Assembly: GCA_038087875.1 (NCBI GenBank)
Contig: CM075988.1
Coordinates: 1,364,001-1,428,000, forward strand
Length of the DNA: 64,000 nt
Source: Malacoraja senta
Taxonomy: Eukaryota
Direction of reading: 5' to 3'
Position 1 is the first letter of the stretch. Every line of letters begins with the position of its first letter. The position numbers and the translations under genes were made by a program. Positions 50,948 to 64,000 of this stretch are shown here, one piece after another. The notes under the pieces are model-generated. The model did not search any database. It had not been told where the DNA came from and saw nothing but the letters and a program-made list of their open reading frames with translations.

Positions 50948-52397
50948 ACGGCCATCTTTCATGGCCTGACCCTGCAAACATGTATGGTCCCTGCCTGCTT
51001 CAAAGTCTCCACTATTGTCCCTGTACCCAAAAAGGCAAGGATTACTTGTCTTAATGACTGCAGGCCTGTCGTTCTGACCTCTGTAGTCATGAAGACACTC
51101 GAAAGGCTTGTGCTGGCCAAGCTGAAAAATATCACGATCCCCCTGCTGGATCCTATGCAGTTTGCATATCGGGCCAATAGATCTGTGGATGATGCAGTCA
51201 ACCTGGGCCTGCACTTCATCCTACAGCACCTAGACCGCCAGGGGACCCATGCGAGGATCCTGTTTGTTGATTTTAGCTCTGCATTCAACACCATTGTGCC
51301 AGAGCTACTACACTCTAAACTTTCCGAGTTGACTGTGCCTGAACCCCTCTGTCGGTGGATCACCAGCTTCCTGACAGACAGGAAGCAGCATGTGAGGCTG
51401 GGAAAGCACATCTCGGACCCGCAAACACTCAGCATAGGAGCACTGCAAGGCTGCGTACTCTCTCCTCTCCTCTACTCTCTCTACACCAACGACTGCACCT
51501 CCACAGACACCTCTGTCAAGCTTCTCAAGTTTGCGGACGACACAACCCTGACTGGACTGATCCAGGGTGGGGAGAAATCTGCCTACAGACAGGAAGTGTC
51601 ACAGCTGGCGTCCTGGTGCCGTAGCAACAACCTAAAGCTCAATGCTCTTAAGACAGTGGAATTGATTGTAGACTTTAGGAGAGCGCCCCCTCCCTTCACC
51701 ATCAACAACACCACAGTCACATCTGTGGAGTATTTTAAGTTCCTGGGAACATCATCTCCAAGGACCTTAAGTGGGGGGCTACCATCGACTCCACAGTCAA
51801 AAAGAGGATGTACTTCCTACGGCAGCCGAGGAAGCACAATCTGCCACAGGCAATGATGGTCCAATTCTACACGGCCATCATAGAGTCTGTTCTCACCTTC
51901 TCCATCATGGTCTGGTTTGGCTCAGCCACCAAGCACGACACCTGGAGGCTGCAGCGAATCGTCCGATCAGCAGAGAAGGTTATTGGCTGCAACCTTCCCT
52001 CCATTGATGAACTGTACACTGCAAGGGCCAGGAAGCGAGTGGGCAAGATCATCTCTGACCCCTCTCACCCTGGCCACAAACTCTTTGAATCACTTCCCTC
52101 TGGAAGGTGACTCCGGTCTGTCAAAGCTGCCACAGCCAGACATAAAAACAGTTTTTATCCACGAGTAGTTGCTCTACTCAACAGCCAAAAATCTGTAGCC
52201 TCCCTTTGATCTGGTATTTTGTTGGTTCACATGCTTGATCAATGGTGTTTTATCATTAATGTTTTATTATTATTAATGTTTAGTGTTTTCTGAGTCATTC
52301 GTAACTGTCACTGTATGTCATGTTGTTACTTGTGGGCGGAGCACCAAGGCAAATTCCTTGTATGTGAATACTTGGCCAATAAACTTACTTACTTACT
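50948..52397 (+). mobile_element. Rex1/Babar LINE, 5'-truncated, RT largely intact
   Basis: [45 protein letters not shown] and KFADDTT; tail AATAAA(CTTA)n; inserted in a + strand CR1 remnant. Confidence 0.92.
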
Positions 52398-52909
52398 TGC
52401 AAAAGTTGATTGGAGAACATTATTTGCAGGCAATGGAACAATGGAAAGTGGCATACTACTGAAAGTGTGATGGTGAGACTTGAAGGAATGCACGCAACTG
52501 TAGAGTGAAGAGCAAGGCAGGTAGGCACTCTGGATGAGATATTGATTATTGAGGCTCTGGTCAGGGAGAAAAAAGGACCGATGGGTCAGGTATTGGCATC
52601 TGGAATGAAGTGTTTCCCGGAGGGATACAGGGAATTGAGGAACATACTTAAGAAGGAAATCAGGAGGGCAAAAAGCAGGGCATGAAACTGCAAGGACAGA
52701 TAAGATTAAGATAAAAGGTTTGACAAGGTTCGGCATGGTAGGCTGCTCTGGAAGGTTAGATCGCATGGGATCCAAGGATTGGATAGCAAATTGGCTCCAT
52801 GGAAGAAACCAGAGGGTGATGGTGGAAGGTTGCTTCTCGGACGTGCCTGAATAATAGAGGTTGGGCAGGCTAGGACTTTATTCTTTGGAATGCAGGAGAC
52901 TGACAGGTG

Positions 52910-55900
52910 TCATAGAGTATTAGAGTGTGGAAACAGGTCCTTCGGCCCAACTTGCCCACACCGGCCAACAATGTCCCAGCTACACTAGTCCCACTTGCCT
53001 GCGCTTGGTCTATATCCCTCCAAACCTGTCCTATCCATGTACCTGTCTGTTTCTTAAATGATGGGATAGTCCCAGCCTCAACTACCTCCTCTGGCAGCTT
53101 CTTCCATCCATCCATCACCCTTTGTGTGAAAAAGCTACCCCTCGAATTCCTATGAAATCTTTTCCAGCTTACCTTGAACCTATGTCCTCTGGTCCTCAAT
53201 TCCCCTACTTTGGGCAAGAGACTCTGTGCATCTACCCGATCTATTCCTCTCATGATTTTGTACACCTCTATAAGATCACCCCTCATCTTCCTGCGCTCCA
53301 TGGAATAGAGATCCAGCCTACGCAATCTCTCCCTGTAGCTTACACACTCTAGTCCTGGCAACATCCTCGTAAATCTTTTATGAACCCATTCAAGCTTGAC
53401 AATATCTTCCCTATAACATGGTGCCCAGAACTGAACATAATATTCTCGATGCAGTCTCACCAACATCTTATACCACTGCAACATAACCACCCAACTTCTA
53501 TACTCAATGCTCTGCTGATGAAGGCCAAAGTGCTAAAAGCCTTTTTGACGACCTTATCTACCTGCGACTCGACCTTCAAGGAACCATGCACCTGTACTCC
53601 TAGATCCCTCTGCTCTACAACACTACCCAGAGACCTACCATTTACTGTGGAGGTCCTGCCCTTTTTGACATACCGAAATGCAACACCTGGCCAATCGATC
53701 GAGATCCTGCTGCAATCTTTCACAACCATCTTCACTATCTGCAAAACCACTAACTTTTGTATCGTCAGCAAACTTGCTAATCTTGCCCTGTATGTTCTCA
53801 TCCAAATCAATGATGCAAATGACAAACAGTAACGGTCCCAGCACCGAACCCTGAGGCACGTCACACGTCACAGACCTCCAGTCCGAGAAGCAACCTTCAA
53901 CCATCACCATCTGCTTCCCTCCATGGAATCAATTTACTATCCATTCAGCTAGGTGGACACAAAAAACTCAGCGGGATAGGCAGCATCTCTGGAGAGAAGG
54001 AATGGGTGACATTTTGGGTCGAGAGCCTTCTTTAGCTATCTCTCCTTGGATCCCATGCGATCTAACCTTCCAGAGCAGCCTTCCATGCAGAACCTTGTCG
54101 AACTCTTTACTGAAATCCATGTACACAACATCTACAGCTCTGCCCATATCGACCTTTTTGGTCATATCTTTAAAAAAATCAATCCGATTTTTGAGACACG
54201 ACCTCCCATGTACAAACGATGCTGACTATCTCTAATCAGCCCTTGCCCATCCAAATGCCTGTATAACCTATCCCTCGGAATACCTTCTAGTAACTTTCAA
54301 CTACAGATGTTAAGAGCACCTCCTATAGTTCCCAGCATTCTCCCTGCGGCCCTTCTTGAAAAGAGGCACAACATTTGCCTCCCTTCAGTCTTCCGGCACC
54401 TCTCCTGTATTTAAGGACAACTTGTGAATTTCAACCTGGGCTCCCACAATGTCCTCAGATATATCCGATCAGGCCCTGGAGACTTGTCTATCTTCATACA
54501 CAACAGTACCTCCAGTACTTCTTCGACGGTAACACTGACTGCTCTCAAGACACTTCCATTGACTGCCCCTCAAAACCTCATTGACATCCTCAAAAAAAAT
54601 AATTTGAGGATGTAACTAAGAAAATGGACAAGGGAGAGCCAGTGGATGTAGCGTACCTGGACTTTCAGAAAGCATTTGATATGGTCCCACAGAGGAGATT
54701 AGTAGGCAAAATTAGGGCACATGGTATTGTGAGTAGAGTGCTGACATGGATTGAAAATTGGTTGGCAGACAGGAAACAAAGAATAGGGATTAACGGGTCC
54801 CTTTCCGAATGGCAGGCAGTGACTAGTGGGGTACTGCAAGGCTCGGTGCTGGGACCGCAGCTATTTACAACATACATCAACGATTTAGATGAAAGGATTC
54901 AAAGTAAAATTAGCAAATTTGCAGATGACACAAAGCTGGGTGGCAGTGTGAACTGTGAGGAGGATGCTATGAGAATGCAGGGTGACTTGGACAGGTTGGG
55001 TGAGTGGGCAGATGCAGTTTAATGTGGATAAATGTGGGGTTATCTACTTTGGTAACAAAAATAGGAAGGCAGATTATTATCTAAATGGTGTCAAGTTGGG
55101 AAAATGGGAAGTACAATGGGATCTGGGGGTCTTTGTTCATCAGTCAATGAAAGTAAGCATGCAGGTACAGCAGGCAGTGAAGAAAGCGAATGGCATGTTG
55201 GCTTTTAGAACAAGAGGAATCGAATATAGGAGCAAAGAGGTCCTTCTGCAGTTGTACAGAGCCCTGGTGAGACCACACCTGGAGTATTGTGTGCAGTTTT
55301 GTTCCCCTAATTAGAGGAAGGACATTCTTGCTATTGAGGGAGTGCAGCGTAGGTTTATCAGGTTAATTCCCGGGATGGTGGGACTGTCATATGCTGAGAG
55401 AATGGAGCGGCTGTATACACTGGAGCTCAGAAGGATGAGAGGATATCTTATTAAAACATAAGAATATTAAGGGTTTGGACACGCTAGAGGCAGGAAACAT
55501 GTTCCCGATGTTGGGGGAGTCCAGAACCAGGGGCCACCGTTTAAGAATAAGAGGTAAGCCATTTAGAACGGAGACTGAAAACACTTTTTCACACAGAGAG
55601 TTGTGAGTCTGTGGAATTCTCTGCCTCAGAGGGCGGTGGAGGCCGGTTCTCTGGATACTTTCAAGAGAGAGCTAGATAGGGCTCTTAAAGATATGGGGAG
55701 AAGGCAGGAACGGGGTACTGATTGGGGATGATCTGCCATGATCACATTGAATGGCGGTGCTGGCTCGAAGGGCGAATGGACTACTTCTGCATCTATTGTC
55801 TATTGCCCCAAGTACCTCCGTCCTACTGTCTTTCTTTTTGGTAAATACAGAGGAGAAATACTAATTGAGGACCTTGCCTATCTCCTGTGGCTTCACACAG

Positions 55901-57150
55901 AGGTGACTGCTTTGATTCCGGAGAGGTCCCACTCTCCTCTCTCTAGTTACCCTTTTCCCCCTTATGTATTTATAAAATCTTTTGGGATTGTCCTTAATGC
56001 TACCCGCCAGAGCTATCCCCCGGCCCCTTTTTCCCTTCTGATCACCTTTTTTTTTAATGTACTCCATAGTTCCCGAAACTCCTCCAGAGATGCACTTGAT
56101 CCTAGCTGCCTATACCTGTCCCATGCATTCTTCTTGTTTTTGACAAACGCCTCAATTTCCCTCATCAGCCAAGCTTCCTTGCGTTTGCTTGCTTTGCCCT
56201 TCACTCTAACGGGGATGTACATATCCTAAGCTTTCGTCAGCACTTTTAAAAACATCCCACTTGGCCGATGTTCCTTTCCCCTCAAATAACCTGCTCCGGT
56301 CAACTTGAGCGAGACCCTCTCTCATACCCTCAAAGTCGGCCTTACCCCAGTTGAGCATTTTAGTATGTGGACCTTCTTCGTCCTTATCCATAACTATCTT
56401 AAACTTAATCGAACTGTGGTCACTGGTGCCAAAAGGCTCCTCCACAAACACTTAATTAAATTGTCCTTCCAAATTTCCCAATTCTAGATCCAGTGCTGCC
56501 CTCTCACGTGTGGGGGCCGATAAATACAGCTTAAGAAAACTCTCCTGAACACTTTTGAGGAATTGCACCCCATTTAAACCCTTCACACTATGATTTTCCC
56601 AGTCAATATTGGGAAAGTTAAAATCCCCTACTACAACAACAACCTTATTTGACCTGCAGGTGTCTGCAATCTCCTGGCATATTTGTTCTTCTAATTCCCG
56701 TTGACTATTCGGGGGTCTGTAGTACACCCGCAACAAGGTGATCATCCCTTTCTTGTTCCTCAGCTCCACCTACGTAGCCTCACGAGACGAACCGTCCGTA
56801 ATGTCACCTCTGCCATGACATTCTCCTTAACCAACAATGCAACCCCACCTTATCCTTTTCCCTCACCGCTGTCCCTCCTGAAGCTCCTGTAACCCAGAAC
56901 ATTGAACTGCCAGTCCTGGCCCTCCCTTAACCAGGTTTCAGTCATGGCTAAAACGTCCCAGTCGCTCGTACCTCTCCATGCTCTAAACTCATCTGCCTTA
57001 CCCGTCAGGCCCCTTGCATTAAAATATGTGCAGTTTAAATCAATCCTCCTTCCTCACTCTTCGCCTTTCATCTGCCTATTCTGCCCACTAACCTTTCCCA
57101 CACCACCCTCCATACCAACCTCTAGTCTCTCACGTGCCTGTCTTGTACGA
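52910..57150 (-). mobile_element. Long CR1 LINE (minus) split by a nested plus-strand CR1
   Basis: Endonuclease (VYYRPPN..VGDFNFPNIDW) at 56452-56769; RT and 3' end at 52910-54585. Confidence 0.88.
54595..55805 (+). mobile_element. CR1 LINE 3' half, same subfamily as 2326-4645
   Basis: YLDFQKAFD..FADDTKLGG; tail CTATTGTCTATTG. Confidence 0.92.
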
Positions 57151-58079
57151 GATCCCACCCGCTGCCAGAAGTGTACAAAATCATAAGGGGGATAGAGTGA
57201 ATGTACAGACTCCAAGGTAGGGGAAATCAGGAAGTATGAAGTAGGTTAAGATGAGAAGGCAAAGATTTAATAGGAATTTGAGGGACATCTTTTTCCACAG
57301 AAGATGGTGGATATGTGGAATGAACTGCCAGAGGATGTAGTTGAGGCAGGAACAATAACAACATTTATAAAGCATTTGGACAAGTACATTCAGTAGATAG
57401 ATAAGGTTTAGAGAGATATGGGGCAGGCACGGGCAAATGGGACTAGCTTGGATGTGGCATTTGGTTGGCATGGACGAGTTGGGAAGGACCTATTTCCGTG
57501 TTGTGTGAGCAAATCAGGCAGCATATGTGATAAGGGAAACAGAGTTCATGTTTTAATGAAAAATAACTCTTCATCAGAACTGTATTTTAACATTAATTTT
57601 ACCTGATTCTCAGAGCGAGGCTTAACATGGTACCAGATTGAAACGGAAATTGTCAAGATTGTTTGTCATATATTCCGGGGCTAGAACAATTACTTTTTAA
57701 CTTGCTGCAGATTAGACAAATAAATAAATGAGAGACACAACAAATTGGAGTAACTCAGCGGGTCAGGCAGCATCTCTGGAGAAATGGAATATATGACCTT
57801 TCTGGTCAAGACCCTTCTTCAGACACATGGAATATGTCTATAGTCTGAAGAAGGGTCTCAACCCGAAACATGACCTATTCCTTTTCTCCAAAGATGTTGC
57901 CCGATTCACTGGGATACTCCAGACTTCTGTGTCGATCTTTGGTTTAAACCAGCATCTGCAGTACCTTCCTACAAATAAATAATCTGTTTGAAGAAGGGTC
58001 CCGACATGAAACGTAGCTTATCCATTTTATCCAGGGATGCCTGACCCGCTGAGTTACTCCAGTACATCTTCATGCAAAG

Positions 58080-59070
58080 TCTATTGTGGTGCAATGATGA
58101 GGTAGGGTTGTGCAGGGTGGTTGATGAGCCTGATGGTTGCTGAGAAGAAGCTGTTCTTCAATCTGGGGGTAACAGTTCTCAGGCTCTTGTACCTTCTTTC
58201 CAATGGTAGCAGCAAGATAAGAGCGTGGCCAGGGTGATGTGGGTCATTGATGATATTATCCTCTGTATTGAGGCAGGGCTTTCTGTAAACCCTCTGATGG
58301 GGAGAAGCATAATACCTGTGATGGATCGGGCATTGTCTACCACTTTCTGCTGTCTACTTTGTTTCTTTGCATCGAGTTACCGAATTAAGCCGTGATGCAA
58401 CCAGTCAATATGCTCATGCCGTTCTTCTATAGAAGTATTCAGTGAGATGTTGAATCTTCTCAAACATCTGAGAAAGCAGAGGCTGTCTTTGTGATTGCAT
58501 CAATGTGCTGGGCCTAGTACAGAGAATCAGAGATGAGCACACACAAGAGCCTGACTCTCTCCCCCAACATCCTGCCATTGAAGATAAGTGTACAGCCCCT
58601 CGACATTCCCTTTCTGAAGTCACCATCAACTCTTTGGTCTTGCAAATGCTGACCATGATTATCCATCAAATTATCAATTTCCTTTCTATACTGACTCATT
58701 ATTACCATTAAAGAACACAAAGTGTTGGAGTAACTCAGCAGATCAGGCAGCATCTCTGGAGAACATGGATAGTTATCCATATTCTCCAGCGATGCTGACT
58801 GACCTGCTGGGATACTCCAGCACTTTGTGCCCTTTTGTGATTTAACAAGCATTTGTACTTCTTTGTTTTTCCATTATTACAAACAGTTTGTATCTTTGGT
58901 TAATTTAAAGATAGGTTTGGAACTGTGTCTGGCGATGCAGTTGTTGGTGTAGAGCGAGCAGAGCAGGGGACTGAGCGCAGAGCCCTGAGGTGCCCCTGCG
59001 ATGAGGAGGTGCGGTTGCCAATTCATAGATTGAGGTCTGCGATGGGGAGGTCAAGGATCCAGTAGCAGTG
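58080..59070 (-). mobile_element. Degenerate Rex1/Babar LINE with Penelope-end insertions
   Basis: Eroded similarity to 13700-14350 (KTKELMV..). Confidence 0.6.
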
Positions 59071-59095
59071 GGAGAACTGAGTTGACATAATTGGT

Positions 59096-60390
59096 TTGGG
59101 CTTCGCCCCTCCCGCTAATCTCTTTCTTTCTTTCCTCCTCCCCTCCATTTCTGCCCCCACCACTAATATCCCATACCTTCCCCATATTCTCTCTTTGTCT
59201 CTAAACTACTCTCAACCTCCATTCTGCCCACCCCATTCTCCACTCTCCCCCATGCCCCTCTCCCATCCCCTCATACCTCCATTCCCCCACATCCCAATTC
59301 TCCTCTCTCCATCCACAAAGATTCCTCACCCCCATTCCCCCTCTCCACCCACTCCATTCTCCACCCTAATTCCCCCCACATACATTTTTGCCCACCCCTA
59401 TTCTTCCGATCTTATTCTCCCCATAACCCACCCACATTTTCTACTTTCCCCTCTTCCTCTACCCCATTCTCTCACCACCCCATTGCCCCCTCCAGCCAAT
59501 CTCTCTTTATCCCCATTCCCCTCTCTGGCTTCTTCGCTCTCCCCACCACTCTCTGCTTTCATCCAGTCTTCTGTTCTACCATTTATTCTTCCCTCTTCCC
59601 AAAACCATTCCCTCCTCTTTTTCTCTCTCCCTCTCCCCATTATCTGCATGCCCCTCCGCCAGCCCTCATTCCCTTCTTATTATCCCCCTCAGCATTTCCC
59701 CCTCTCAGCATCCATTACTTCCCGCTCTCCCCACCTCTATTCCCCCACTCCACTTCTCCCAAACCCATACTTAGTTCTACCCCAGTCGCCCCTCTTCCAA
59801 CCCCCATTCTCCTCTTCCTACATCCCATCTCCCGTCGTCTCCGCTCACAGCCTCCACTGCCCTAACCAGTCTCCTCCACCTGCAACTCCCATCATCTCTT
59901 CTCCCCATTCTCTCGTCTCCCATCAGCCCCATCCAAACCCCCATTCTTCCACACCTTCCCCCTCTCCCAGCCCATTCCCCCCCACCCCATACCTGCCCTT
60001 GCCTACCTCTTCCCACTTCATTTTCACCTCAATCTTCTCTCCCATTCCTCCTTCCCTCCCTGATCCTCCCCTCATACTCCTCAATCTTATTTTCTCCTTC
60101 CCATCCCTTTTCACCATTCTCTCTCTCCCAACACCATTCTCTGCCACCCTACCCAGATTTTCCTCTCCATCCACCATTCTCCTCCCAAACCCCTATTCTT
60201 TTCCCTCTTCTACCCCCGCCACATTCTCCATCCTCATTCCCAATTTGCCCCTTCTCCTGCCCAAGCCATCCCTCTCCCCCTACCCCCCCTCTCATCCCCC
60301 ACCCTTGCCCCTCTCATCCCCCTCCCCTGCCCCCTCGCATCCCCCACCCCTGCCCCCTCGCATCCCCCATCCCTCTCCCCCCCTCCCCCC
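59096..60390. repeat. Pyrimidine-rich low-complexity tract (CCCATT/CTC-like)
   Basis: ~1.3 kb almost devoid of G on the + strand. Confidence 0.9.
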
Positions 60391-61125
60391 AGTGGCGGCG
60401 CCGGGCGCGCGGCCGGCCGGCCAATGGCAGCGCGCGGCGGGCGGGCCGCTCTATGCTAATGCGGGCGGCGCTGCTCCATTCTGCGGCCCGAGGTGAGCAC
60501 CGGCCGATATTTACCTGCCGAGCGGGCAAGCGGGCCGGGTCAGCGGGCGTGCCGGGGAGCTGCGGCCGTGTGTGGGAGGCGGTAAGTACGGGCGCGGGCT
60601 CCGGGCCGCTGTCGGGCCGCGCCGCTCCTTCGATGCCGCTTCCCGCACTCTTGTTGTTTTAGTCGCTCCCAAAATGGCGGCGGCGGCTCCGGCCCGGCCC
60701 CGCTCCGTCCGTCCGCCCGCCGGCGGCCCGGGGTGGCGGTGCTGGCTGGGCTGAGTACGCCGAGCGCCAGGCAGGCGGCGGGGCCGGGATCTGGGGCCGG
60801 AGGACGGCGGCAGGAGCTGCTTTAACTCCGTGTCCGGCGGCGCCGCCCGCTCGCCCGCGCCGGTGGTACGGTCCGGCCCGGCCCGTCTGGGACACTGCAC
60901 CTCGGGGTCACCGCGGGGGGAGCCGCCTCCAGGACCCTTCCTCCCTCGCCCCGGGGCCACCGCCCGCACTGCGGCACCCCCGCCCTCCATCCACCACCCA
61001 CCCACCCGGCCCCCCGCTTGCCCAGCCCCGCGGCCGCAGCCGCCTCAACCGCAGCTCTCGCCCCCGTCCCTGTCCGCAGCCTCAGGTGGAGCGTTCCGCC
61101 CCGGCCTAGGGGAGGGCCGGGACCG
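60390..61125 (+). promoter_or_regulatory. CpG-island promoter with probable non-coding first exon(s) of a gene divergent from APLP2 (candidate PRDM10 by synteny)
   Basis: Very high CpG density, CCAAT at 60421, YY1-type CAAAATGGCGGC at 60670 and + strand donor-like sites (GTGAGC 60493, GTAAGT 60582, GTACGG 60866). Gene identity rests only on the human PRDM10-APLP2 head-to-head arrangement. Confidence 0.7.
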
Positions 61126-62100
61126 TGGGGGTGGGGGGCAGTAACTGGGGGTCCGGCTGTGTGGGCGGGGATAGTGACTGGGGGTGGGGGGCAGTGTCTG
61201 GGGGTGGGGGGCAGTGACAGAGAGACTGAGAGGAGGTGGAGGGAGGCAGTGACTGGAGTTTTCCCCCCATCCCCCAAGTGAGGGGGATGGGGGTAATGAT
61301 TGAGGCATCTTGATGAGGGATGGGTGTGCAGAGTGGAACTGGTGGGTAGTTGGAGGGAGTCGGTAGGGGTGGTGGTGATAGCAGTAGGGGTTGTGGCAAT
61401 GGCAGGTGTCAGTGTTGGAAATGGTGTGGGTCAGCAGGGGGTGGTGCTGATGGTAGTGGGAAGTGAGGGTGATGGCAGTAGGCAGGGATCAGTGGGAAGG
61501 AAGGGTGGTGATAATGGCAGTGGGCACAAGGGGTGGTGATGGTGGCAGGGGTCAGTGGGAGTGGTCCACGGCTAGCTGGGCAATGATTGAGGGGGGAGGA
61601 TGACAGGGAGGGCGGGGACATTGTTGCGTGGGCAGCAGGAGGCAATGATTGAGGTGTCTTTTGATGAGGGCAGTGAGGGTGATAATGACAGAGCAGTAAG
61701 GGTGGTGGTGATGGCAGTGGGGGTTGTAGCAATGGCAGGGGTCAGTGGTAGTGATGGCAGTGGGCATGGGGGTAGTGGGTGGTGAGGGCAATGGCAGGGA
61801 TCACTGGTAGTGACAGCAGTGATGGTGACTGGTGATGGCAGCTGGCATGGGCAGTTGGCTGAGTCAGTGAGGGTGATGGCCGGGTATGGGGGCAGGGGCA
61901 AAATAATGCCAGTGGGCAGGGCCAGTGGGAGTGATTATGATGCAGTGCGTATGGGGGCAGGGATGGTGATAGCAGTGAGCAGTGGTCATTGGGAGTGGTG
62001 GTGATGGCAGTGGGTATGAGTGGTGGCAGGTGCAGTGGTAGTATTGATGGCAGTGGGCATGGGGACAGATGGTGATGGCAGGTGCAGTGGTGTGAGGGCT
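61125..62100. repeat. G-rich low-complexity tract (GGTGATGGCAGT-like)
   Basis: Direct reading. Confidence 0.85.
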
Positions 62101-62535
62101 ATTAAGTGTGCACAGTGGAGGTCTGCTGAGGATTTGAGATAATAGGTGAGAGGAGTGGTAACGAAGGATGAGGCGTGACCTGATGAGGATAATGAGGATT
62201 GTTAAACAATGCACTCTGGCTTGCTGGCATTCCACTGATCACTGACAGGACTTTGTACAGAAAAGTATCATGTACCAATCCCTCTTTACTCCATTGTGGA
62301 TGTGGTTGTGTGCAGAATAATTGATTGATTACAGTACGAACGGCCATTCAGCCTCAGTATTGGCTTTGTTTAAGAGCAGTCCAGATCATACTGCTCCGCC
62401 AGCCCCTGCAAACTTTCCTCAGATACTTGCACAGCTTTCCATGGAAGGCTACAATTAAATCTGGCTCCATTACATGTGCATTCCAGCCAGCTCCTGTGTT
62501 TTGAAGAAATCTGCTACTTTTGCTGAGGAACTTCA

Positions 62536-64000
62536 AGAGTCAAGTCAAGAGTGTTTTATTGTCACATGTCCCAGATAGGACAATAAATTCTTGCTTGCTG
62601 CAGCAAAACAGAATATGTAAACAGTACATAATGGGAGAAAAAAAGAAAAAAGTTCAGTGTGTATATATATATATATATATATATACACACCTACACACAC
62701 ATGCTCAATAAATAAACAAATATAGTTCAATAATATAATAGTCTGTTGCAGTTCAGAGCTTATTTGTTGTAGTGTTTAATAGCCTGATGGCTGTAGGGAA
62801 GAAGCTGTTCCTGAACCTGGACGTTACATCTACCCAATCAATTCCTCTCATGATTTTGTACACCTCTATAAGATCTCCCCTCATCCTCCTGTGCTCCATG
62901 GAATAGAGACCCAGCCTACTCAACCTCTCCCTTTTGCTCACACCTAGTCCTGACAACATTCTCGTAATTTCGTTTCTGAATCCTTTCAAGCTTGACAATA
63001 TCTTTCCTGTAACATGGTGCCCAGAGCTGAACACAATATTCTAAATGCAATCTCACCAACGTCTTATACAACTGCAACATGACCTCCCAACTTCTATACT
63101 CAATACTCTGATTGATGAAGGCCAAAGTGCCAAAAGTCTTTTTGACCACCTTATCTACCTGCAACTTCAATTTCAACGAACCATGCACCTGTACTCCTAG
63201 ATCCCTCTGCTCTACAACACTACCCAGAGGCCAACCATTTACTATGTAGGTCCTGCCCTTTTTCGACATCTCAAAATGCAACACCTCACACTTCTCTGTA
63301 TTAAATTCCAACAACCATTCCTTCGCCCGCCTGGCCAATTGATCCCGATCCTGCTGCAATCGTTCACAACCATCTTCACTATCTGCAAAACCACTAACTT
63401 TTGTATCATCAGTAAACTTGCTAATCTTGCCCTGTATGTTCTCATCCAAATCATTGATGTAGATGCCAAACACTAATGGGCCCTGCACCGACCCTGAGGC
63501 ACACCACTAGTCACAGGCCTCCAGACTGAGAAGCAACCCTCCACCATTACCCTCTGCTTCCTTCCATTTAGCCAATTTTCTATCCATTGCTAGCCAATTT
63601 GCTATCCATCTCTCCAAGGATCCCATGTGCTCTAACTTTCCAGCCTACTATGCGAAACCTTGTCGACTGCTTTGCTGATGTCCATGTATACATCTACAGC
63701 TCTGCCCTCATCAACCTTTTTGGTTACGTCTTCAAAAAAATCAATCAGATTTGTGAGACATGACTTCCCACGTACAAAACTCTGACTATCCCTAATCAGC
63801 CCTTGCCCATCCAAATGCCTGTATAACCTATCCCTCAGAATATTCTCCAGTAACTTACCAACTACAGATGTTAAGCTCACTGGCCTACATTTCCCAGCAT
63901 TTTCCCTGCAGCCCTTCTTGAAAAAAGGTATAACATTTGTCACCCTCCAGTCTTCTGGCACCTCTCCTGTATTTAAAGATGACTCGTAAATTTCAACCAA
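62536..64000 (-). mobile_element. Rex/Babar 3' tail (62536-62827) followed by CR1 RT fragment (62828-64000)
   Basis: TSRFRNSFFPTAIRLLN plus AATAAAACACTCTTGAC tail; CR1 KFTDDTKVSG and RPVSLTSVVGK. Confidence 0.88.

Noticed and set aside
50783..51856. 357-aa host gene or novel reverse transcriptase
   Set aside because: Chimeric ORF of a CR1 remnant fused to a 5'-truncated Rex1/Babar RT with a downstream frameshift.
59096..60496. 466-aa Pro/Ser/Leu-rich ORF
   Set aside because: Arises from a G-poor low-complexity tract that rarely forms stop codons; no domain and a non-ATG start.

Overview
Eukaryotic, repeat-dense vertebrate DNA that looks like a cartilaginous fish (skate/ray-like). This assignment is inferred from the HE1-type V-SINE and the abundant CR1, Rex1/Babar and Penelope elements. 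The minus strand carries the 5' part of APLP2: coding exon 1 at 41975-42058, exon 2 at 10163-10336 and exon 3 at 9395-9524, with a ~31.6 kb first intron. A second CpG-island promoter at ~60.4-61.1 kb appears to point the other way (PRDM10 by human synteny, unconfirmed). Most other ORFs are broken LINE fragments. The notable structures lie in APLP2 intron 1: (i) two members of an unclassified TIR element family with the same asymmetric ~65-bp ends but different interiors, one holding a captured ZFP36/TIS11-family gene fragment and nested inside a Helitron, the other a long foldback; (ii) a stack of Helitron termini around an assembly gap; (iii) a C2H2 zinc-finger pseudogene with its own promoter motifs and splice acceptor, cut by an LTR with a tRNA-Ser primer site; (iv) a 32-bp hAT-like mini-element with a perfect 8-bp TSD; (v) many Penelope termini carrying minimal hammerhead-ribozyme motifs, one pair enclosing a copied local segment. 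Everything was read by eye; repeat boundaries are approximate unless TSDs are quoted.
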